Of a stretch of 64,000 nucleotides of DNA, positions 1-8,806 are shown piece by piece; the first letter of the stretch is position 1, and each line of letters starts with the position of its first letter. The DNA comes from Armatimonadota bacterium (GTDB taxonomy: Bacteria; Armatimonadota; Fimbriimonadia; Fimbriimonadales; GBS-DC). The notes beneath the pieces are model-generated. The model ran no database searches. It was not told the DNA's origin and was given only the letters and a program-made list of their open reading frames with translations. A program made the position numbers and the translations under genes. The stretch covers positions 59,606 through 123,605 of the forward strand of contig JBBIML010000007.1 in NCBI GenBank assembly GCA_037444405.1, given 5' to 3'.

Positions 1-20
1 ATCGGAGCGCCCCACTGTTG
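1..20 (-). mobile_element. 5' end of a probable second group I intron at 23S position ~2262 (truncated by window)
   Basis: rRNA similarity stops after GGUCGCCU. The following CAACAGUGGGGCG folds a P1 helix (CGCCUCA/UGGGGCG) with a U.G wobble at the exon-terminal U. Confidence 0.7.
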
Positions 21-323
21 AGGCGACCGCCCCAGTCAAACTACCCACCTAAGACTGTCTCCGAACCGGCTCACGGTTCGGGTTAGCACTTCAGCAGACC
101 AAGGGTGGTGTTCCATTGACGCCGAAGCTCCCACCTACGCTCTACATGATCTGCCAAAATGCAATCTCAGGCTGTAGTAAAGCTCCATAGGGTCTTTCCG
201 TCCCACCGCAGGTAACCCGCATCTTCACGGGTAGTACAGTTTCACCGAGAGTCCCGCTGAGACAGTGGCCCAGTCGTTACGCTTTTCGTGCGGGTCGGAA
301 TTTACCCGACAAGGAATTTCGCT

Positions 324-1080
324 TATCGCCTTACTCGAGTTTACTCGAGCGAGCCATTACCCCCCTTGTCACAGGGAACGGCTCCTGCATGTCGCCATGC
401 AGATGGGACCATATCATCACCTCGTCATTGAGGTGTCCGGCGTATGGTCTCTGAGGATTCTAATCACTGCGGAGCGGTCTTTGCGCCGATTCATGGAAGC
501 GGCTATCTGGGCTATTGTTTCGAGACCTTCTGGTGTCAGATGGTCTCCGCGTGCGACATGCTCCAGACAGCGCGCGAACTTCTCAAAGTCGTCTCGTTTT
601 GCGGTTTGGAGGGGGTATGTTTGGAAGAACGGGACGATGACTTCGAGAAGGTCCTTGCGACGGCGCACCACATAGCGATACAGGTGTTCCTTGTGGTTGT
701 CATGGCGTCGGTTTCGGATAATATTTCCGACGCCAAAGAAGTGGCGTAGGCGCTCCAAGGCGTGCAGGCTACGCTCGCCTTGGGTGACAGAGAACTCATG
801 AAACACCTGTATGCCGACTTTGTAGCCTTTGCGGAGTCCTCTATGCGGCTGCTGAATGAAGCCGATAGAGAAACAACCTTCGCCGTCTACAAAGCCGACG
901 ACCCATCCGACAGTGATTAGTCTTTCCTGCTGGTTGTCCGCACCAGACGGATTGTTACTCATAGGAAACGGTTTCGTTGAAGACAGGGAGTTTCCTACGA
1001 GTACCGCTGGATACCCCGGAGTTTCCAGCATATAGCCGGATGCGCACCACATGGTTACCCATGTGGGGGGCAGCGAAGCT
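324..1080 (-). mobile_element. Group I self-splicing intron in 23S rRNA at L1931 (757 nt)
   Basis: Exons rejoin as GGUCCUAUGGU|AGCGAAAUUCC. P1 GGUAG/CUGCC with U.G, P10 UUCGCU/AGCGAA, P3 UCCGGC/GCCGGA, P4 UGCUGG/CCAGCA, P7 GACCA/UGGUC, and P8, P9, P9.1, P9.2 hairpins are all visible. Confidence 0.96.
417..962 (-). CDS. Intron-encoded single-motif LAGLIDADG homing endonuclease (~181 aa)
   Basis: Motif WVVGFVDGEGCF, then FSVTQ, FFGVG and IVPFFQTYPLQTAK-DF; lies inside the intron; start taken at MSNNPS. Confidence 0.93.
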   Translation of the reverse strand: MSNNPSGADNQQERLITVGWVVGFVDGEGCFSIGFIQQPHRGLRKGYKVGIQVFHEFSVTQGERSLHALERLRHFFGVGNIIRNRRHDNHKEHLYRYVVRRRKDLLEVIVPFFQTYPLQTAKRDDFEKFARCLEHVARGDHLTPEGLETIAQIAASMNRRKDRSAVIRILRDHTPDTSMTR

Positions 1081-1905
1081 ACCATAGGACCGTTAGAGTT
1101 ACGGCCGGCATTCACCCGGGCTTCAGTTTGGGGCTTTGCCTTGCGGCTGACCCCTCCCCTTAACCTACGGGCATTGGCCAAGCGTCGCCCCCTATACATC
1201 GGGTTTTCCCCTTAGCAGAGAGCTGTGTTTTTGGTAAACAGTCGCCAGGCCCTCTTTGCTGCGACCTCCCTCCGCTTGGGCGTTGCAGCCTACACGGTGG
1301 GAGGCACCCCTTCTCCCGAGGTTACGGGGTCAATTTGCCGAGTTCCTTAGCGGGACTTCTCTCGCGCGCCTGAGGCTCCTCGCCTCGCCTACCTGTGTCG
1401 GTTTGCGGTACGGTCAGGTGGGTTCATCGCGGAACGGCTTTTCTCGGCTGCAGTCGGGGTCGCTTCGGTTGCCCGAGGGCTTCCTTCGTCGCCGGTGCGT
1501 TGCCTCACCGGCGAGCGCGGCCTTCCAGCTCCGCGCCCGACCCGTTCTACAGCGTCCCCGTTCGCGCTCCGCCACCTGGGGTGGGAATGTTGACCCACTG
1601 CCCTTCACCTACGGCGTTTCGCCCTCGGCTTAGGACCGCCTAACCTTCAGCGGACGAACCTGCCTGAAGAACCCTTAGGCTTTCGGCGGACGGGATTCTC
1701 ACCCGTCTTCTCGCTACTCGTGCCGGCATTCTCACTTCTGCACGCTCCAGTGGTGCTTCCGCTCCACCTTCACGGCGTGCAGAACGCTCCCCTACCGCTC
1801 ACCAGCGCAGGGCTGGTGAACCCGCCGCTTCGGCGACCAGCTTAAGCCCCCTTACATTGTCGGCGCAGGGTCACATTCGGCCAGTCAGCTGTTACGCACT
1901 GTTTA

Positions 1906-1942
<37 letters not shown>

Positions 1943-2870
1943 ACGCGACCCTACATCCTTTCACACTGAGCTGGTGCTTAGGGGCCTTAGCGGGCGGTCT
2001 GGGCTGTTTCCCTTTTGACAACGGCGCTCATCCGTCGCTGTCTCACTCCCACGCTTCCTGCTATGCCATTCGGAGTTTGGTTGGGTTCGGTAACCTGGTA
2101 GGGCCCCTAGCCCATCCAGTGGCTCTACCTGCATAGCATAGCGCGTGGGGCTGCACCTCAATGCATTTCGGGGAGAACCAGCTATCTCCGCGCTCGATTG
2201 GCATTTCACCACACTACCCCCAGTTCCTCCGAGCCCTTTTCAACGGACACCGGTTCGGCCCTCCACCGTGTGTTACCACGGCTTCAGCCTGACCAGGGGT
2301 AGATCGCGCGGTTTCGGGTCTACGCCTTGTGACTGAGTCGCCCTGTGAGGACTCGCTTTCGCTACGGCTCCGTGCCGGAGGCACTTAACCTTGCCGCTGA
2401 GCGTAACTCGCCGGCTCATTCTGCAAAAGGCACGCCGTCAGGCTGTTCCCCTTGCGGGGCATAGCCCTCCGACTGCTTGTAGGCGCACGGTTTCAGGTTC
2501 TCTTTCACTCCCCTCGCCGGGGTGCTTTTCACCTTTCCCTCACGGTACTGGTTGCGCTATCGGTGGCAAGGAGTATTTAGCCTTACCCGGTGGTCCGGGC
2601 CGATTCGCGCAGGGTTCCTCGTGTCCCGCGCTACTCGGGAGCCTGACGGGAGACGATTCCTTTTCGCATACGGGGCTCTCACCCTCTATGGCGTGCCGTT
2701 CCAGGCAGCTTCTGCTAAGGAACCGTTTTGTCACTCCCTGAGCGGTCTGCCGCCCGCTCGGTCAGGTCCCACGACCCTGGCATCGCAACGCCGGCAGGCT
2801 TGGCACGATGCCAGTTTAGGCTGTTCCCCGTTCGCTCGCCACTACTGAGGGAATCCCATTCGGTTTCTTT

Positions 2871-2905
<35 letters not shown>

Positions 2906-3193
2906 ACCCTCCGCACCGCCTATGGGTTCAGCGGAGGGTGACCACCCTTGCGGTGGCCGGGTTTCCCCATTCGGGCATCCACGGATCAACGCCTGTTTGC
3001 GGCTCCCCGTGGCTTATCGCAGCTGACCACGCCCTTCATCGGCTCCTTGCCCCGAGGCATCCACCGTGCGCCCTTAGTAGCTTGCCCACTCAGACGCACT
3101 TCTCGGTGAACACTTCGCCCGATTGTCAAGGTGCACATTTGGTTGAGAGGGGTCCGTTGCCCCTGGGTAAACCCTCGCAGGTAGGCTACAGGT

Positions 3194-3268
3194 TGGTGGA
3201 GGCGACCGGATTTGAACCGGTGACCCCCTGCGTGCAAAGCAGGTGCTCTCCCGCTGAGCTACGCCCCC
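3194..3268 (-). tRNA. tRNA-Ala(UGC)
   Basis: Cloverleaf GGGGGCG...CGCCUCCACCA, G3.U70 pair, anticodon UGC; in the 16S-23S spacer. Confidence 0.97.
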
Positions 3269-3272
3269 ACGC

Positions 3273-3349
<77 letters not shown>

Positions 3350-3415
3350 TGCTTTGCTGATTCACCCTCAAAGCCGGGCAGGCTTGCGCTCTGGAGCCGC
3401 CGAGTTGGCTCCGTT

Positions 3416-4948
<1,533 letters not shown>

Positions 4949-5062
4949 AAAACGGTCGCGTTTTCTGATCCTGGACGGCTCGCAAAGCGCCTTACCTGCC
5001 CGGTTTTCAAGGTGCACATCCACAACTGCCGACCCTCTCCGCTGGAGCAATCGGCAGGGGAC

Positions 5063-5092
5063 ATTATACCATGCCCCGAACGCTTTTGTCAA
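5063..5092 (-). promoter_or_regulatory. rrn proximal promoter (P2-like)
   Basis: TTGACA-18 nt-TATAAT with an extended TG. Confidence 0.85.
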
Positions 5093-5179
5093 GGGGTTCG
5101 GGGCTTTTTACGCCCGTTTGCCCCATCTTTCGACGGGATTCCCGCCCGCTGGATTGTCCCTTCCCAGCAGGCGGGCTTT

Positions 5180-5210
5180 AATATACCATGCAACCTCCCC
5201 CCTTTGTCAA
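5180..5210 (-). promoter_or_regulatory. rrn distal promoter (P1-like)
   Basis: TTGACA-19 nt-TATATT with an extended TG; same flanking context as P2. Confidence 0.7.
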
Positions 5211-5224
5211 GGGGTCAGGGGGGA

Positions 5225-6028
5225 TTATGAGCCATTTGCGCGTCGGACCGCCTGCTCAATCAACGGCTTGACGGTGGCGGCGGGCAGAACGAAGAGCGTG
5301 GTGCCGCCCTGACCGCCGAAGCTCATGGAGAAGCCGAAATCGCTCTCGTCGTCCTGTTTCAAGCCATGCCCCATCAGCACGGCAACACCCACCGCCTCGC
5401 CCGTAAGCGTGTAGACAGGCAGACCCACCTCGCTGATGTTGCCCTCCATCAGGAACGCCTTGCGCGGCTTGCTCACCTCACCAATCACGCGCCCGCTGGA
5501 AAAGTAGGGCGCGTAGTCAAAACCCTTCGGCAGGCGCGACACGGTGAACAGCTCCTGCCCGATTGTCGGTGGCGTGTCGCGAAACTGCACCGGCGTCAGC
5601 GTGCGACCCTCCAGGTCCTTGATTTTCAAAAATGCCAACCCCAGCTGCGAATCGGTCGCCACCAGCGTCGCCTCGTACTCCCTGCTCTCCTGACCGAAGA
5701 TAACCTTGAAGCTCTGGGGCGTCAGTTTGAAGTCGAAGCGCTCCTCCTGATCCGATTCGTCGACGCCCATCATCTGTTTGAGACTCTCGGCAGACAGCGG
5801 CATCGCAGAGAGCAGGATCAAGCCGTCAGGCGAAACGACCGCGCCCTGCATGCTGAACTTCTGCTCGGTCGACTGGCTCTCTTCACCCGACTTGAACTCG
5901 TACTTCATCACCACGCGCACGGTGACGATGCTCGGCGCGATTTTATCGAGCAGCTGTTTCGGGCTGCTGGACGGCTCCTGCGCGAACAGCACGCTCAAAC
6001 TCATAAGCCAGAGTGCAATCGGTCTCAT
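5225..6028 (-). CDS. Secreted trypsin-like (HtrA-type) domain protein, apparently catalytically inactive
   Basis: Signal peptide; PSIVTV, GAVVSPDGLIL, LAFLKI and GLPVYTLTGEAVGV scaffold motifs, but no TNxH or GNSGG. Confidence 0.7.
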   Translation of the reverse strand: MRPIALWLMSLSVLFAQEPSSSPKQLLDKIAPSIVTVRVVMKYEFKSGEESQSTEQKFSMQGAVVSPDGLILLSAMPLSAESLKQMMGVDESDQEERFDFKLTPQSFKVIFGQESREYEATLVATDSQLGLAFLKIKDLEGRTLTPVQFRDTPPTIGQELFTVSRLPKGFDYAPYFSSGRVIGEVSKPRKAFLMEGNISEVGLPVYTLTGEAVGVAVLMGHGLKQDDESDFGFSMSFGGQGGTTLFVLPAATVKPLIEQAVRRANGS

Positions 6029-6041
6029 CTGTGTTTTCCTC

Positions 6042-8111
6042 CTATGGGTTCAGTTGTTTCCAGTCCGGTTCAAGGAAAACGAAGTGGGTGTCGTTATCCC
6101 GCCGGACAAAGAGGATCAGAACGGGCGGGCGCCGTTTGAGAATCTGCTCCATCACCTGCTGGAACGCTTTCGTGTCGTGGATGGGCTGTTCGTTGATGGC
6201 GAGGATGAGGTCGTTCAGGCGCAACCCGCCCAGCTGCGCCCAGCCGCCGTTGGACACCTCCGTCACGATGACGCCCGTCTGATCCGGGCGCCAGCGGTTG
6301 CGCATCCGATCCATCGGCGTCACATCGCGCACGGCGAACTCCAGCTCCTTCTGGCGCACGATTCGGCTGGTCTGGGCGGAGTCGGGCGTCGGCTCCAGTT
6401 TGACCGCGATTTCGAGCGTCTGCTCACCACGCAGGATGGTCAGCATCGCCGTCTCGCCAATCGTGAGCTGCTCGATGCGCCGCTCCAGATCGCGGGCGTC
6501 CTGCACGCGCGATGCCTGCAGCGGCTCGCCGTTGAGCGCGAGAATAATGTCGCCCACGCGCAATCCCGCCTTGCTCGCCTCCGACCAGGGCAGCACTTCG
6601 GTGATCCGGAAGCCCTTGAGGTCAGGCTTGCCCAGCGATTCGGCGACCTGCCGGGTGATGACCTGCGTGCGGATTCCCATCCACGGTTTGGGCAGCTCAG
6701 TGCTGGGGCTGGGCTCGCTCGGCGGCTTGTTGCGCACCGCGCTGACGATGATTTCCTCTTTGCGCTGGAAGGTGATGGGGATCAGCTCTTTGCCTTTGAA
6801 GGCGGCGAGCGCGGCTTGCAGGTCGTTCAGGGTGCGGATGGGTCGGTCGCCCACCTGCAGAATGACATCGCCCACGCTGAAGCTCGGCTCCGCGTTGTCC
6901 AGCGGGTAGCCCGGTCGGATGCCGGTGATATACGCGCCCTGTTTGGGCAGCTTGCGCGCGTAGGCGAAGGGGCGGGTAATCTCCCGCGCGGTGAAGCCCA
7001 GCTCGCGGAACTCGCGCTCCTGACCGTAGTACGGCTCCATCGGGGCGACAGTGAGCGTCAGGCGCAGGTGCTTGCCTTTGCGCTCCAGCTCGGCGACCAC
7101 CTGCTTGCCCACAGGCAAATCGGCTATCTGCTGATAGACCAGCGGCACCTCTTCCAGGAAGCGCACGCGCACCGGCTTGCCATCCAGCTTCAGCAGGATA
7201 TCGCCCGGCTGGAGACCGGCGCGCTCCGCGGGCGATTCGGGTGTGACGGAGGCAATCAGCGCACCCGTCTGACGCCGCAGTTTCTCCACTGGCAGCACTG
7301 AGATGCCCAGCCAGCCGCGCCGAATCGTGCCCGTTTGCAGAACCTGTCGCAGCACCTTGCGAGCAATATTGGACGGGATGGCGAAGCCAACGCCCCTGCT
7401 ACCCAGCTGATTGATGCCGATAACCTCCCCACGAAGGTTCACCAGCGGTCCGCCAGAGTTGCCCGGCAGGATCAGCGCGTCGTGTTGAATCCAGCGGGTG
7501 AGCATGCCGGAGCGGTCACCCCGCTCAAACTCGGCTGCCTCGATCTGGGAGCCGACCACATCGGTGAACACGCGGCGCGGGTTGGAGACAATCCCCAGCG
7601 TCACCGACGAAGAGAGCAGCAGCGGATTACCCATCGCCAGCACATAGTCGCCTGTCTGCACCTTATCGGAGTCGCCCAGCGGCGCAAAGGGCAGAATTCG
7701 TTTTGCCCGCCTGCCGCCCGCATCCTCTTCCGGGAACTGAATCTGCAGGATGCTGAGGTCGGTGAGAGGATCATGCACCACCACGCGCGCTTCGAACCGC
7801 TCGCCCGTGCTGAGGGTGCAGAAGATTCGCATGGCATCTTCCGCCACATGGTAGTTGGTCAGCACGACGCCGCCAGGCGTTACAATCACGCCACTGCCGC
7901 CACTCAGTCCGTACTGGGCGCGCCCGCCCTCGTAATAGCGCGTGACGGTTAAAATATTGACCAGTGCGGGGAACACACGGTCACGTGCCCGCTCCAGATC
8001 GCGGCGGAGCGTATCGCTGATGGGGCGTCGGCTCTGAATCGGCTGCGCCATCGTCAGCCCCAGCACCGTTAGCAGCAAGCCTCCTATCAGGGCAGCTCTC
8101 ATCGGCTTCAT
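6042..8111 (-). CDS. HtrA/DegP-family serine protease with multiple PDZ domains
   Basis: TNYHV, DLSIL and GNSGGPL triad motifs; repeated PDZ motifs (GLQPGDIL, GLRVGDII, GLRLNDLI). Confidence 0.92.
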   Translation of the reverse strand: MKPMRAALIGGLLLTVLGLTMAQPIQSRRPISDTLRRDLERARDRVFPALVNILTVTRYYEGGRAQYGLSGGSGVIVTPGGVVLTNYHVAEDAMRIFCTLSTGERFEARVVVHDPLTDLSILQIQFPEEDAGGRRAKRILPFAPLGDSDKVQTGDYVLAMGNPLLLSSSVTLGIVSNPRRVFTDVVGSQIEAAEFERGDRSGMLTRWIQHDALILPGNSGGPLVNLRGEVIGINQLGSRGVGFAIPSNIARKVLRQVLQTGTIRRGWLGISVLPVEKLRRQTGALIASVTPESPAERAGLQPGDILLKLDGKPVRVRFLEEVPLVYQQIADLPVGKQVVAELERKGKHLRLTLTVAPMEPYYGQEREFRELGFTAREITRPFAYARKLPKQGAYITGIRPGYPLDNAEPSFSVGDVILQVGDRPIRTLNDLQAALAAFKGKELIPITFQRKEEIIVSAVRNKPPSEPSPSTELPKPWMGIRTQVITRQVAESLGKPDLKGFRITEVLPWSEASKAGLRVGDIILALNGEPLQASRVQDARDLERRIEQLTIGETAMLTILRGEQTLEIAVKLEPTPDSAQTSRIVRQKELEFAVRDVTPMDRMRNRWRPDQTGVIVTEVSNGGWAQLGGLRLNDLILAINEQPIHDTKAFQQVMEQILKRRPPVLILFVRRDNDTHFVFLEPDWKQLNP

Positions 8112-8161
8112 CCAGTTATAAAGTTTACCCGATGGCGCGGGTGAAGGGTACACTTTTCTGG

Positions 8162-8806
8162 ATGGGAGCGGGCGATTGGAAGCGTGAGCGTTTGCGTGGC
8201 GTGTATGTGATCACCGACCCGCAGTTAGGTGGGGGGCACCTCGCTGGGGCGCGGGCGGCGCTGCAGGGTGGCGCACGCATCATTCAGCTGCGTGATAAGC
8301 ACGCCACCACGCGCCAGCTCATAGAGTACGCTCTGGCACTGCGCACGCTCACCCGCGACTATGACGCCCTGCTGATTATCAACGACCGCCTCGATGTGGC
8401 GTTAGCGGTGGAAGCCGACGGCGTGCATCTGGGTCAGGACGATATGCCCGTTGCGCTGGCGCGGCGGCTGACAGGCGAAGGGCTGATTATCGGCGTGTCG
8501 GCGGAAACCGTCGAGGAGGCGGTGCGTGCCGAAGCGGACGGCGCCGACTATTTAGGGGTCGGACCGATGTTCACCACCGCCACCAAGCCCGACGCCGGCA
8601 CGCCCGTCGGACCTGAACGCCTGCGAGCAATCAAGCAGCGCGTGCGCATTCCTGTGTTCGGCATCGGCGGTATCACGCTGGCGAACGCCCCGCAAGTGCT
8701 GCAGGCGGGCGCGGACGGCATCTGTGTGATTTCAGCCGTTTTAACGGCACCCGATCCTGCCGAAGCCACACGCCAGTTAGTGGCTCTCTTCGAGTCGCGC
8801 CGTTAG
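8162..8806 (+). CDS. thiE: Thiamine-phosphate synthase
   Basis: QLRDK, IINDR, DGVHLGQDD, GPMFTTATK and GIGGI motifs. Confidence 0.95.
   Translation: MGAGDWKRERLRGVYVITDPQLGGGHLAGARAALQGGARIIQLRDKHATTRQLIEYALALRTLTRDYDALLIINDRLDVALAVEADGVHLGQDDMPVALARRLTGEGLIIGVSAETVEEAVRAEADGADYLGVGPMFTTATKPDAGTPVGPERLRAIKQRVRIPVFGIGGITLANAPQVLQAGADGICVISAVLTAPDPAEATRQLVALFESRR

Noticed and set aside
963..1199. N-terminal extension of the LAGLIDADG ORF to 1199
   Set aside because: It runs through 23S exon and intron P1-P5; a chance open frame with no plausible translation signal.
5778..7301. Long antisense ORFs (also 18208-19764, 32469-33806, 36194-37516, 37540-38994, 61508-62983)
   Set aside because: Shadow frames of well-supported genes, expected with high-GC codon bias; no motifs.
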